NCBI GenBank assembly: GCA_016182235.1
Contig: JACOXT010000003.1
Location: forward strand, 322,209-386,208
DNA from: Candidatus Levyibacteriota bacterium
Lineage (GTDB): Bacteria; Patescibacteriota; Microgenomatia; Levybacterales; UBA12049
DNA: 64,000 nt
Direction: 5' to 3'
This document shows, in pieces, positions 47,889 through 57,902 of this stretch (positions are counted from its first letter, which is position 1; each line of letters opens with the position of its first letter). The notes beneath the pieces were generated by a model. The model saw nothing but the letters and a program-made list of their open reading frames with translations. It had not been told where the DNA came from and did no database searches. The position numbers and the translations under genes are program-made.

Positions 47889-49504
47889 TTATTGTTGTTT
47901 TGTTTGGTGTAGTTGCGGGACTCCCTCTTATTCACAAAGGTTTGCCGCCGACGCATGATGGCGAATATCATATTGTAAGATTTTTTTTGTTTAACGAAGC
48001 TTTTAATGATGGGAATATATATCCTCGTTGGGCGGCTCATTTAAATAACGGATTTGGAGTTCCTCTTTTTACTTTCGTATATCCCTTGCCAAATTATATC
48101 GCGGTTTTCTTTCACTCTTTTGGCATAAGCTTCATGGATTCGTTTAAACTTGAAATGTTTGTTGCAATTCTTTCTGGTGCGATATTTTTTTATTTATGGG
48201 CAAAAGAATTCTGGGGAAGATTGGGGGGAGTAGTTTCATCGGTATTCTATACATTTTCCCCATATCATTTTGTGGACATCTATATTCGAGGATCTGTTGG
48301 AGAGGTTTGGGCTCTTGCGTTTTTTCCTGCTTTTCTCTGGATTTATACAAAGTTTGTTGCAACAAGAAAAAAAAGATTTTCCATATTCTCCTCTATATTC
48401 CTTGCATTAATAATATTTTCTCATAATATTTTGGCTCTGATGTTTTTCTTTTTCGCATTATCTTATGCTAGCCTTTTAATTTATAAAGAGAAGAATAAAA
48501 AATACTTAATACTTAATACTTTATACTTAATACTTCTTGGTCTTGGGTTGTCTGCAATTTTTTGGCTTCCTGCGATTTATGAAGCTAAGTTCGTAACAGG
48601 ACTTCAAATCTTCGATGTTTCTGCTCATTTTCCGGATTTGTATCAATTGCTAATTCCTTCTTGGGGATCAGGCTTTAGCGGAGCTGGATTACAAAATCAA
48701 CTTTCGCCTCAAATTGGAATAGCAAATTTAATTGCAATATCTATAAGCTTAATTGTTATTTTTTTTCAAATAAAGAAAAAAGATAAAAAATATTTTCATA
48801 CTATATTTTTTATGGCATGGTTTATTTTTGTTTTATTTCTGATGCTTAGTATATCCTTCTTCGTGTGGCAGACAATTCCAGTTATGAAATATTTTCAATT
48901 TCCATGGAGACTGTTGAGTATTGAAGTACTTTTTGCGTCATTTCTGGCCGGAAGCATATTTTCTTTAGGTATTCATAAATGGATTAAAATATTTTCTGCC
49001 ATATTGTTGATTTCTTTAACATTTATTTTAGGAATTGGGTATGCAAAACCAGCCTATTATCATTATAGAGACGATGACTATTATATTAATCGTTCGAATT
49101 TCATTGATGGAACAAATAGTCCTGGCAATGTTTTTAATACAATATATCTTAATTCTATTCCAGAAAAAGAAGAAAAAAAAGTTGTTTTTACGAAAGGTAA
49201 AGGAGAAACTATTGCGATAGAAGAGAAAAGTAATTTTTATAGATTTAAAATAGATACACGTGAAAACTCAGAGATACTCATAAATATTGCTTATTTTCCT
49301 GGTTGGGAAGCAGATATCGATGGAAATAAAATACCTATAGAAATTGACGATGGACGAATTTCAGTATCCATTCCAGATGGTAAATATGAGCTTAATGTTA
49401 TATTTAAAGATACTTTTATACGTAAATTTGCAATATTTATTTCTACATTATGTTTTTTTATGACTTTGATTTTGTTTATAAAGAATAAGTTTGCTAGAAT
49501 ATAA
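47864..49504 (+). CDS. Family B polytopic membrane protein (PTPS-related/YfhO-like putative GT-C)
   Basis: PTHDGEYHIVRFFLF ... YPRWAAHLNNGFGVPLFTFVYPLPNYI, FVDIYIRGSVGE, SHNILA, IFWLPAIYEA, FQFPWRL. C-terminal YFPGWEADIDGNKIPIEI module. Confidence 0.75.
   Translation: MGKTLLSIIIVVLFGVVAGLPLIHKGLPPTHDGEYHIVRFFLFNEAFNDGNIYPRWAAHLNNGFGVPLFTFVYPLPNYIAVFFHSFGISFMDSFKLEMFVAILSGAIFFYLWAKEFWGRLGGVVSSVFYTFSPYHFVDIYIRGSVGEVWALAFFPAFLWIYTKFVATRKKRFSIFSSIFLALIIFSHNILALMFFFFALSYASLLIYKEKNKKYLILNTLYLILLGLGLSAIFWLPAIYEAKFVTGLQIFDVSAHFPDLYQLLIPSWGSGFSGAGLQNQLSPQIGIANLIAISISLIVIFFQIKKKDKKYFHTIFFMAWFIFVLFLMLSISFFVWQTIPVMKYFQFPWRLLSIEVLFASFLAGSIFSLGIHKWIKIFSAILLISLTFILGIGYAKPAYYHYRDDDYYINRSNFIDGTNSPGNVFNTIYLNSIPEKEEKKVVFTKGKGETIAIEEKSNFYRFKIDTRENSEILINIAYFPGWEADIDGNKIPIEIDDGRISVSIPDGKYELNVIFKDTFIRKFAIFISTLCFFMTLILFIKNKFARI
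48502..48536 (+). repeat. Heptanucleotide tandem repeat (ATACTTA)x5 (variants ATACTTT, ATACTTC) inside a CDS
   Basis: ATACTTA ATACTTA ATACTTT ATACTTA ATACTTC read directly. It encodes YLILNTLYLIL. Confidence 0.9.
49492..49500 (+). promoter_or_regulatory. Extended -10 element TGcTAGAAT, 6 nt upstream of the GTG start at 49507
   Basis: It lies in the last codons of the upstream gene. No SD. Confidence 0.3.
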
Positions 49505-49506
49505 AA

Positions 49507-50601
49507 GTGAATATCGCTATAGACATATCTCCCCTTACCGGCAATCATTCCCTGCAACATAGGGTTAGAGGATCAGGATATTATTTGGAAAACCTAAAGA
49601 CATCTTTGTTGCAATATTACCCTCAACATAAATATACATTTTTTACTCGAGGACAAAAAATACCCAAAAATATAGATTTGGTTCATTATCCTTACTTTGA
49701 ACCATTTTTTTTAACCCTTCCTTTATTTTCAAAAGTTAGAACAATTGTTACTGTGCATGATTTGATCCCTTTCGTTTTTCCCAGACATTTCTCCGGTGGG
49801 TTAAAAGGAAATATTAAATGGCAAATTCAAAAAGTTTCACTCAAAAATACAAATGCAATCATTACCGATTCTGAATCTTCTAAACAAGACATTATTAGGT
49901 TCACCGGTATAAAAAATTCAAAGATTCACGTTATCTATCTTGCTCCAGGTGAAGGATTCACAAGATTTAAGGACACATCCAATAAGATAAGGATGAAAAC
50001 TCAACATTTTAGGAAAAAATATAAATTACCAGATAAGTTCGTTTTATATGTGGGAGATGTAACATGGAATAAGAATTTGCCAAGACTTATAGAATCAGTA
50101 AAAAAAGCTAATATCCCACTGGTAATGGCAGGAAAGGCACTTATTGAGAAAAATGTTGACTTGAGTAATCCGTGGAATAAGGATTTTGCTAAAGTTTTAG
50201 ATCTAATAGAAAGAGATAATAATATTATTCGTATGGGTTTTATATCAAGCGAAGAATTAGTCATGTTATATAATGTGGCCACTGTTTTTGCTATGCCGTC
50301 TTTGTATGAAGGTTTCGGTCTGCCGGTTTTAGAAGCAATGAGCTCTGGTTGTCCTGTTGTGACCGCAAGAACTGGATCGCTCCAGGAAATAGCAGGTGAA
50401 TCTGCTTTTTATGTAGATCCTTATGACATTGACAGTATCTCTGATGGACTCAAAAAAGTGTTTTTCGATCAGTCAGTGCAAAAAGAGCTTATTGAAAAGG
50501 GCCTAAAGCAAGTAAAAAAGTTTACTTGGGAAAAAACTGTCCGAGAAACAATCAATGTTTATAGGTATGTTTCGGGCTTTGCAAAGGCTTATAATTTCTA
50601 A
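49507..50601 (+). CDS. GT4 (GT-B fold) glycosyltransferase
   Basis: GTG start. YEGFGLPVLEAMSSGCPVVTARTGSLQEIAGESAFYVDP. Confidence 0.85.
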   Translation: MNIAIDISPLTGNHSLQHRVRGSGYYLENLKTSLLQYYPQHKYTFFTRGQKIPKNIDLVHYPYFEPFFLTLPLFSKVRTIVTVHDLIPFVFPRHFSGGLKGNIKWQIQKVSLKNTNAIITDSESSKQDIIRFTGIKNSKIHVIYLAPGEGFTRFKDTSNKIRMKTQHFRKKYKLPDKFVLYVGDVTWNKNLPRLIESVKKANIPLVMAGKALIEKNVDLSNPWNKDFAKVLDLIERDNNIIRMGFISSEELVMLYNVATVFAMPSLYEGFGLPVLEAMSSGCPVVTARTGSLQEIAGESAFYVDPYDIDSISDGLKKVFFDQSVQKELIEKGLKQVKKFTWEKTVRETINVYRYVSGFAKAYNF

Positions 50602-50605
50602 TACA

Positions 50606-51172
50606 ATGAAAGTCATGGATTTTATAACTCTTAAAAATAAAAATAAACTAGTAAATGATGTAACTCTCTATCCTTTGAAAATTAATAAAGATTCGTCAGG
50701 CGTACTAGTTGAAACTCTTAGGTCTGATTGGGAAGGAATTTATGGGCCAAATCGAGAGTTTGCCATGCAATATTATTCCATAACGGATTCTGGGGTTGCT
50801 AGGGATGAAAACGTCTGGCATTATCATCCTAGAATTCAGGAAGACAGATTTTTAGTTGTCCAAGGTTCTATCGTGGCAGCTATAGTAGATAATCGTAAGG
50901 AGTCTAATACTTATGGAATGTTGAATCTTTTTTATATGGAGGCGGATCACAACCCTTATATTTTGTTGATTCCGAAAAAGACTTTACATGGATTTTTGGT
51001 GGTCTCAAAAATGCCTGCAATACTTTTGAATTTTCCAACTAATCTTTATAATCCTCAAGAAGAAGGGCGCATTTCATTTAGTGAGGCTCAAATAAAGTTG
51101 GATGGTAGAGAATTATTTTCATGGGATAAGGTAAGGAAGGAATTTTCAAATTTATATCCTCGAAGAATATAA
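50606..51172 (+). CDS. RmlC-like cupin (dTDP-4-dehydrorhamnose 3,5-epimerase-like sugar epimerase)
   Basis: DSSGVLVETLR ... QYYSITDSGVARDENVWHYHPRIQEDRFLVVQGSIVAAIVDNRKESNTYG ... LLIPKKTLHGFLV follows the RmlC pattern (D.RG.f.E ... S.s..gv.RG.H.H ... K.v.v..G ... vD.R..S.T.G ... iP.G.aHGF). ATG 50606 is preferred to 50555. Confidence 0.6.
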   Translation: MKVMDFITLKNKNKLVNDVTLYPLKINKDSSGVLVETLRSDWEGIYGPNREFAMQYYSITDSGVARDENVWHYHPRIQEDRFLVVQGSIVAAIVDNRKESNTYGMLNLFYMEADHNPYILLIPKKTLHGFLVVSKMPAILLNFPTNLYNPQEEGRISFSEAQIKLDGRELFSWDKVRKEFSNLYPRRI

Positions 51173-51234
51173 GTAGCTAGAATTTTTATGAGTCCCTGAA
51201 TGCTTTACTTGGAGCAAGTATCAATAAGGTTAGT

Positions 51235-52503
51235 ATGTTTATGAAAAAATTGATGCATAAAGTAGTAAAAAACCCTTTTGTATCAGGAAGTATAATTGTT
51301 TTTCTTGGAACATTTGTAGGCAATATTTTTAATTTTTTATTTAATTTCTTTATGACAAGGAATCTGTCAGTTTCTGACTATGGAATTCTAGCCAGCCTTG
51401 TTTCTATTATTCTTCTTTTTGCTCTTGCATCTGACTCTATTATTCCCACCGTTATACATTTTTCAGGTCAATATTTTGCTCGAAATGAGATAAAAAAAGT
51501 ATCTGCATTCTTTTGGAAATTAAACAAATTGTTTATTATTTTTGGCATCGTAACTTTAGGAATATTTATAATTTTTGGTAGCAATGTAAGTCATTTTTTT
51601 AAAATTGAAAATAATTTTTTGATATTTCTTGTTGGGGTAATTATATCTGTCATTTCTCTTAGCTCTTTAAATAAAGGAATTCTTGCAGGTAGACTTTCTT
51701 TTGGATATATTTCTTTTTTTAATTTTTTTTCTTCTATTTTAAAGTTTTTCGCTGGGATGCTTTTTGTATTTTTAGGCTTAGGAGTAAATGGTGGAATATT
51801 GGCATTTCTTATAGCACATTTATTTGCTTATTTGTTTACTTTTTTTCCTTTGAAATCTATTCTTCGAGGTAAGAGGGAAAATGTAATAGGAATTAAAGAA
51901 ATTTTTAAGTATGCTGCGCCATCTGGAATTGCAATGCTAGGATTGACATTGTTTATTACCACAGACATAATTCTTGTCAAACATTTTTTTTCTGGACAAG
52001 AAGCAGGAGTATATGCAGGCATGTCCCTCTTAGGAAGAATTATTTATTTCTTCTCCGCCCCCATCGCTACTGTATTATTTCCATTGGTTGTACAGCTTCA
52101 TACACGACGTGAACGACATAGTCATTTTTTTTATCTGTCTATTGTTTTGGTATTAATCTCTTCAATAGGTATAACTATTTTTTATTATTTTTTCCCAGAA
52201 TTTAGTATAAAATTTCTCTTAAAACAAGAAGAATATTTGGTTATAAAACCCACACTTTGGATATTTGGCATATTTATGATTATTTATTCAGTTTTATCAA
52301 TAGTGACCAATTACTATTTATCAATAAAAAAAACAAAAGTTTTTATTCCGGTTTTGTTTGGAGCAATTTGCCAAGCGATATTAGTATATTTATACCATGA
52401 TACATTTCAAATTGTAGTTATAATTTCCATTATAACTACAACTATTCCATTAATAATTCTTTTATTTTATTATTGGAGAATCCGCAATGATGTTATCTCG
52501 TAG
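51235..52503 (+). CDS. Wzx/MOP-superfamily polysaccharide flippase
   Basis: 422 aa with about 12 hydrophobic segments. N-terminus FNFFMTRNLSVSDYGILASLVSII is typical of Polysacc_synt proteins. Confidence 0.75.
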   Translation: MFMKKLMHKVVKNPFVSGSIIVFLGTFVGNIFNFLFNFFMTRNLSVSDYGILASLVSIILLFALASDSIIPTVIHFSGQYFARNEIKKVSAFFWKLNKLFIIFGIVTLGIFIIFGSNVSHFFKIENNFLIFLVGVIISVISLSSLNKGILAGRLSFGYISFFNFFSSILKFFAGMLFVFLGLGVNGGILAFLIAHLFAYLFTFFPLKSILRGKRENVIGIKEIFKYAAPSGIAMLGLTLFITTDIILVKHFFSGQEAGVYAGMSLLGRIIYFFSAPIATVLFPLVVQLHTRRERHSHFFYLSIVLVLISSIGITIFYYFFPEFSIKFLLKQEEYLVIKPTLWIFGIFMIIYSVLSIVTNYYLSIKKTKVFIPVLFGAICQAILVYLYHDTFQIVVIISIITTTIPLIILLFYYWRIRNDVIS

Positions 52504-53296
52504 AAGAAAGACTTTTATTTCTGTTATAGTTCCCTCGTTCAGAAAGGAGAATATTATTGAAGAGAGTCTTGTCCATGTTAAAATTGCCTTGGATCAAATA
52601 AAGTATGATTACGAGATTATTGTTGTTGTCGACGGTAAGATTGACAAAACTTTCGAAAATGCGAAAAAAGTTAAATCATCAAAGATAAAAGTTGTTGGGT
52701 ACGAACATAATCATGGCAAAGGTTACGCAATAAGATATGGAATGGCAAGATCAAAGGGAAATATTGTCTGTTTTATTGATTCAGGTCTAGATCTTAATTC
52801 GAAAGGGTTGGCAATACTAATTGAATATTTAGAATTACATGATGCAGATATTGTTGTTGGTAGCAAAAGACATGCCGATTCAGTCGTAATTTATCCTTGG
52901 AACAGAAGAATTATAAGTTTTTTATCGCAAGTATTTATCAGATTTCTATTTGGTCTTAACGTTGGCGATACACAGGTTGGTATGAAGGTATTTAAGAGGA
53001 ATGTTGTTGAAGACGTTATGCCACGACTACTTGTAAAAAAATTTGCATTTGATATAGAGGTTTTAGTTGTGGCGTATAGTTTGGGGTATACAAAAATTAT
53101 TGAAGCTCCTATTGAACTTAATTACGATTTCAGAGGAAGTTTATTAACAAAAAACATTTTTAACGAATTAATTCGTACTCTGTGGGATACAATTGCTATT
53201 TTTTATCGCTTGAAAATTCTTGGTTACTATACGGACAGAAATAAGAGAAAATGGAAATATGACCCAGAGTTGGAATTCAAAGTAAATATAGGATAG
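52487..53296 (+). CDS. GT2 glycosyltransferase (polyprenyl-phosphate sugar synthase-like)
   Basis: ISVIVPSFRKENII ... VVVDGKIDKT ... GKGYAIRYG ... FIDSGLDL ... DTQVGMKVF. Confidence 0.8.
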   Translation: MMLSRRRKTFISVIVPSFRKENIIEESLVHVKIALDQIKYDYEIIVVVDGKIDKTFENAKKVKSSKIKVVGYEHNHGKGYAIRYGMARSKGNIVCFIDSGLDLNSKGLAILIEYLELHDADIVVGSKRHADSVVIYPWNRRIISFLSQVFIRFLFGLNVGDTQVGMKVFKRNVVEDVMPRLLVKKFAFDIEVLVVAYSLGYTKIIEAPIELNYDFRGSLLTKNIFNELIRTLWDTIAIFYRLKILGYYTDRNKRKWKYDPELEFKVNIG

Positions 53297-53301
53297 AAAA
53301 T

Positions 53302-54414
53302 ATGAAGATATTAATTTTTAATTGGAGAGATATTAAGAACCCTTCATCGGGAGGAGCAGAGATTCTTACTCATGAGATGGCAAAGCGATGGGTGAGGCTT
53401 GGGCATTCTGTTACTCAATTTTCTTCAAAATTCCCAAATTGTTTGTCGGAAGAGTTTGTAGATAATGTACTCTACATAAGAAAAGGTTATCCAGACGCAA
53501 GACACATTTTTAGATCAGTTCATTTCCAGGGATTTTTGTACTATATGATAAACTTTCGGGAAAAATTTGATGTTGTAGTTGATGAAATTCATGGACTCCC
53601 TTTTTTTACACCCTGGTATGTAAGAGAAAAAAAAGTGGCTTTAATATGTGAGGTGGCAGATGAATTGTGGGGTAAGCTGTATGGATCTTTCTTTGGAGCA
53701 ATAGGAAGAATTATAGAAGTTTTTTATTTGCGCATAGTTTATAGAAACATCCAATATTTAACAATTTCAGAATCTTCAAAAAAAGATTTGATTAGAAATG
53801 GAGTTCCAGGGAAAATGATCAAGGTATTGCCAATGGGAGTTACAGTTCCATCCGAAATTATAATGAGGGCAAAAGAAAGAAATCCAACACTCTTATATGT
53901 TGGTCGTTTGTCAAAATCTAAGGGGATAGAAGATGCAATTTTCGCAACAGAAATTCTTGTAAAAGAGTTGAAGCGAATTAAACTTTTTATTGTCGGAAGA
54001 GGCGATAGGGATTACACAATATATCTTAAAAATTTGGTAAGAAGTTTAGGCTTGAATCAAAATATACACTTCTTCGGGTTTGTGAACGAAAAAATTAAGT
54101 TTGAGCTAATGGCAAGATGTCACGTTCTTCTGGTGCCTTCCTCAAAAGAAGGATTTGGACTAATAGTTCCTGAAGCAGGATTTGTTGGAACACCGGCAAT
54201 TGCGTACAAGTCAAAAGGATTATCCGAAGTCGTAAAAAATAAAAAAAACGGCATTATTCTTGAAAAAAACAACCCTTTAGAGCTTGGAAAAAATATAAAA
54301 ATGCTTCTTTTAGATAAAAATCTTTACTCTAATCTTCAAAAAGGTGCTTATGAAGAAAGTAAAAAATATAATTGGGACAATACGGCTAGAGCCGCCTTGG
54401 AGATTTTAAAGTAG
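53302..54414 (+). CDS. GT4 (GT-B fold) glycosyltransferase
   Basis: SSKEGFGLIVPEAGFVGTPAIAYKSKGLSEVVKNKKNGIIL. Confidence 0.85.
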   Translation: MKILIFNWRDIKNPSSGGAEILTHEMAKRWVRLGHSVTQFSSKFPNCLSEEFVDNVLYIRKGYPDARHIFRSVHFQGFLYYMINFREKFDVVVDEIHGLPFFTPWYVREKKVALICEVADELWGKLYGSFFGAIGRIIEVFYLRIVYRNIQYLTISESSKKDLIRNGVPGKMIKVLPMGVTVPSEIIMRAKERNPTLLYVGRLSKSKGIEDAIFATEILVKELKRIKLFIVGRGDRDYTIYLKNLVRSLGLNQNIHFFGFVNEKIKFELMARCHVLLVPSSKEGFGLIVPEAGFVGTPAIAYKSKGLSEVVKNKKNGIILEKNNPLELGKNIKMLLLDKNLYSNLQKGAYEESKKYNWDNTARAALEILK

Positions 54415-55648
54415 GTGGAACTCTAGATAAGAGATTTTCGATATCTTGTTTCATGTTGAAATAGTTAAATCTTTTTTTATAGTCCTTTTTAGCATTTTTT
54501 CCAAGATTACGTGCAAATGATCTATTGTTTAGCAATCGTTTTATCGCATACGCCATTTGTTTTGGATTAGCCATTGGCACAAGAAGACCACTATGTTCAT
54601 TCTTAATATCTTCTCTTATCCCATCACATTCGGTTGAGACAATAGGCACCCCCAGCGACATGACCTCATTTATGATAAGTGCCCCAGCGCCTTCCTCAAT
54701 AGTAGGGAAACAGAAAATTTCTGCTTTCTTTAAAAGCAGTTTTGAATTATTCACAAACCCCAAAAATTTAATATGTTTATGTATGCCCAGCTTGTTTGCC
54801 AGTTTTTTATTTGAGTTAAGCATCTGTCCAGTTCCTGCAATGACTAGGGGAATTGTAACACCCTGCTCTACTAGAATTTTCATTGTATGCAGTAAGAAGT
54901 TTATTCCTTTTCGCGGATCGTGTCGAGAAAGATAGAGTATATATTTTTTAGGGATATCTTTATTGTTAACGATTTTTCCTTCTTTTGCTTGACGGGAGTA
55001 TACCTGAGTAAGAAATGTTGTTCTGAAAAATTTAGATTGACCAATAGAGAATTGTTTTTTTAAAATTTCCTCTGTTGACCTGTAATTAGTTACGATTATA
55101 TCTGCCCTTTTAATAATCCTTTCCTCAAAGAGGGTTAGGAACTGAACGATAGTATAATAAATTAATAAAAATTTTATTTTTTTTAAAATACCATAATCGG
55201 AGATTCTTAACGCTTTTATGCTTCCACCCCATTCATGTTTTATAGTAGTAAAATAATTGTTGATTAAAATAACTTTTTCGTTGAATTCTCTTTTTAAGTA
55301 TACGCCTGATAGTCCCCAAGGGCCTATTCCCCAAATTATAAATTTAGCAAAATGTTTTTCTTGAGCTTCTCTTTTGATGCCATTGGCAAAAATGAATGAG
55401 GAGAAAGGAAGGCTCGGAAGCGCTGTAGTATAATAATCAAAAAATAAAATCTTGAAAATCAAGAGGGTGCAGAAATCAAGTTCCACTTTTTCATTTTTTT
55501 CTCCAATGGCAACAATAAAAACTTTATGCCCAAGGTTATTTAATATTCTTGCCAAATTTATTGCAAAAGTTGAATATCCACCTCCGTATGATTTTATAGG
55601 AGATTTTCCGCAAACTATAAATACGGGGAGTTTTACATCTTCTTTCAT
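54386..55648 (-). CDS. GT4 (GT-B fold) glycosyltransferase
   Basis: IEEGAGALIINEVMSLGVPIVSTECDGIREDIKNEHSGLLVP. ATG at 55648 is preferred to TTG 55657. The 3' end overlaps the convergent GT4 gene by 29 nt. Confidence 0.85.
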   Translation of the reverse strand: MKEDVKLPVFIVCGKSPIKSYGGGYSTFAINLARILNNLGHKVFIVAIGEKNEKVELDFCTLLIFKILFFDYYTTALPSLPFSSFIFANGIKREAQEKHFAKFIIWGIGPWGLSGVYLKREFNEKVILINNYFTTIKHEWGGSIKALRISDYGILKKIKFLLIYYTIVQFLTLFEERIIKRADIIVTNYRSTEEILKKQFSIGQSKFFRTTFLTQVYSRQAKEGKIVNNKDIPKKYILYLSRHDPRKGINFLLHTMKILVEQGVTIPLVIAGTGQMLNSNKKLANKLGIHKHIKFLGFVNNSKLLLKKAEIFCFPTIEEGAGALIINEVMSLGVPIVSTECDGIREDIKNEHSGLLVPMANPKQMAYAIKRLLNNRSFARNLGKNAKKDYKKRFNYFNMKQDIENLLSRVPPTLKSPRRL

Positions 55649-55692
55649 TAATTGCAATGAATATTTAGCATATTATCATAGTCCAGATCTAA

Positions 55693-55721
55693 TTGACAAT
55701 ATTTTTTCTTTTGGATAGAAT
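55693..55721 (+). promoter_or_regulatory. Sigma70-like promoter TTGACA-17 bp-TAGAAT upstream of the aminotransferase gene
   Basis: TTGACA at 55693-55698 and TAGAAT at 55716-55721. The ATG at 55733 is 11 nt after the -10, so the predicted 5' UTR is about 4-5 nt with no SD. Confidence 0.55.
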
Positions 55722-55732
55722 GAATTTTGTTT

Positions 55733-56851
55733 ATGCTTATCCCCACAAGCGAACCAGTTCTTAAAGGCAATGAAAAGAAATATGTTCTAGAATGTTTTAA
55801 ATCCAATTGGATTTCAGCAAACGGCCCATTCACCAAAAAGCTAGAGAAAAAATTTGCAAAGTTTATTGGCACAAAATATGCAGTATGTTGTAGCAATGGA
55901 ACCTCAGCGATCCATTTGGCCCTTATTGCGTTAGGGATAGGTAAGGGGGATGAAGTTATAATTCCAGACTTTACAATTATTTGTTCGGCAAGCATGACAA
56001 TTCTAGCGGGAGCAAAGCCCGTTTTAGTAGACGTTGACAAATATTGGTGTATCGATCCCGATAAAATAGAAGAAAAAATTACCCCGCGTACGAAAGCAAT
56101 TATGGTTGTTCATATGTACGGTAATCCTGCAAATATGAAAAAAATTATGAAAATTGCAAGAAAACACAAGCTTTTTGTTATAGAAGATGCATGTGCGGCA
56201 CACGGCGCAGAAGTTGATGGTCAGAAGATAGGTTCTATTGGGGATATTGGGTGTTTTAGTTTTTATGCAAGTAAGAATATCACGTCTGGAGAAGGGGGAA
56301 TGGTAGTAACAAATAAGAAAGAAATTGCCGATAAAGTTAATCTTTTAAAAAGCCATGGTTTTGAGAGGCCTCGATTTATTCATAGGATTATTGGGTTTAA
56401 TTATAGAATGACAGATATACAATCCGCAATCGCATTAGCGCAATTAGAGAATATTCGTCATAAAATTTCAAAAAGAAGAGAGATAGCTTCTTATTATATA
56501 AGGCTATTGAAAAATAGGTCAGAGGTTGAAATACATCAAGAACCGCCTTGGGGAAAAAGTGTTTTTTGGATGTTTGGCGTTATTATTAAAGATTCCTTTG
56601 GAAGGACTCGAGACGAAATAATTGAGCTTTTGTGGAAAAAAGGAATAGGGACAGAAAGATTTTTTCTTCCAATGAGCGAACAGCCAATCTTTAGGAATGA
56701 GAGAGATCCAAGATACCCAGACATAAAAGGATCCTTTCCCGTATCAGACGCACTAGGAAAACAGGGCCTATATATACCTTCGGGATTAAATTTAACAAAA
56801 AAAGAGCAAAAATACATTGCTGATACATTAATGTCTCTTATAAAGAAATAA
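55733..56851 (+). CDS. DegT/DnrJ/EryC1/StrS-family PLP-dependent sugar aminotransferase
   Basis: PVLKGNEKKYVLECFKSNWIS ... NGTSAIHLAL ... FSFYASKNITSGEGGMVVTN (Schiff-base Lys context). ATG 55733 is preferred to TTG 55727. Confidence 0.9.
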   Translation: MLIPTSEPVLKGNEKKYVLECFKSNWISANGPFTKKLEKKFAKFIGTKYAVCCSNGTSAIHLALIALGIGKGDEVIIPDFTIICSASMTILAGAKPVLVDVDKYWCIDPDKIEEKITPRTKAIMVVHMYGNPANMKKIMKIARKHKLFVIEDACAAHGAEVDGQKIGSIGDIGCFSFYASKNITSGEGGMVVTNKKEIADKVNLLKSHGFERPRFIHRIIGFNYRMTDIQSAIALAQLENIRHKISKRREIASYYIRLLKNRSEVEIHQEPPWGKSVFWMFGVIIKDSFGRTRDEIIELLWKKGIGTERFFLPMSEQPIFRNERDPRYPDIKGSFPVSDALGKQGLYIPSGLNLTKKEQKYIADTLMSLIKK

Positions 56852-57232
56852 ATGAGGCTTCAAAAAATAAATCCAGTATTCGTAAGAGAAGACCATCGAG
56901 GACTTTTTGTAGAAGCATCTAACGGAAGATCCTGGAAAACAATTACTTTTGGAAAAATGAAGAAGGGAGCTGTTATGGGTAACCATTATCATAAAAAAAC
57001 AAATGCGCTATTTTTTATTATTAAAGGCAAAGTAAAAATAGACAATATAGATGTAAAGAGTAGACAGACTCAAGCTTTATCTTTGCGAGATAATGAAGGA
57101 ATAATATTTCCTCCATTTGTTTCACATGCCATACATTTTCAAGAAAGTTCTTTTTTTATGTTATGTAAATCTAAGAAATATAATCCAAAAGACACAGACA
57201 CTTTTGATTATGTTGTTTCAGGTAAAAAATAA
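56852..57232 (+). CDS. Small cupin, WxcM/FdtA-like (possible sugar 3,4-ketoisomerase)
   Basis: VREDHRGLFVE ... GAVMGNHYHKKTNALFFIIKGKVKI. 126 aa, directly downstream of the aminotransferase. Confidence 0.5.
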   Translation: MRLQKINPVFVREDHRGLFVEASNGRSWKTITFGKMKKGAVMGNHYHKKTNALFFIIKGKVKIDNIDVKSRQTQALSLRDNEGIIFPPFVSHAIHFQESSFFMLCKSKKYNPKDTDTFDYVVSGKK

Positions 57233-57247
57233 TCTCTATCCTATAAT

Positions 57248-57901
57248 ATGGAGCCAATTAAATATCATCATGGTCAAACACAAACAAAAGATTGGGAAAA
57301 AGCATGTGTCAAAACAAGAAGAAGCCTTGCAAAACGGAATGGAAGAATTGTAGTGTTTGATATTCGAAAAAGTGATAAAGTTTTGGATCTGGGGTGCGGT
57401 GACGGACTTAATATAAAAATATTTAGGTCATTGGGAATAAGGAATGTTGTGGGAATTGATGTATCTTCTGACTTAATCTCCCAAGCAAGACATAGTAATC
57501 CAAAAGCGAAATTGTATGTTGGGTCAGCTGAAAAATTACCCTTTAAGAATGAAGAATTTGATGTTGTTTTTGTTGATTCGGTTTTTCATCATATAATTTT
57601 TTATGACAGAGTAATAAAAGAAATAAAAAGAGTATTGAAGAAAAATGGTTTACTATGTTTTATTGAGCCACATAGGTCAATATTCAGGTCATTTATTGAT
57701 TTTATTTGCATCCTGCCAATAAGCAAGTTTGTGCCCATTCTAAAAGATCGAAGAGAAGCATTTCTTGGTGAAATACACCTAATGACCCATTGGCTTGCGA
57801 CAGAAGAAGAATTTATAGACTCTCTTAAGAATAATGAATTTTCAGAGATATTTCAAAAGAAAAAGCTGTTGAGTATACTGGGAGAATTTCAAAGGAATTA
57901 A
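57248..57901 (+). CDS. Class I SAM-dependent methyltransferase
   Basis: VLDLGCGDGLN (motif I) ... FDVVFVDSVFHH ... LKKNGLLCFIEP. Confidence 0.8.
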   Translation: MEPIKYHHGQTQTKDWEKACVKTRRSLAKRNGRIVVFDIRKSDKVLDLGCGDGLNIKIFRSLGIRNVVGIDVSSDLISQARHSNPKAKLYVGSAEKLPFKNEEFDVVFVDSVFHHIIFYDRVIKEIKRVLKKNGLLCFIEPHRSIFRSFIDFICILPISKFVPILKDRREAFLGEIHLMTHWLATEEEFIDSLKNNEFSEIFQKKKLLSILGEFQRN

Positions 57902-57902
57902 T

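Noticed and set aside
51178-51199. TAGAAT hexamer followed by a 3-codon mini-ORF (ATG AGT CCC TGA) upstream of the second flippase, considered as a possible leader peptide or attenuator.
   Set aside because: The mini-ORF is too short and has no associated secondary structure or conservation evidence that I can see. It is likely a chance occurrence, although the hexamer may still serve as a promoter for 51235.
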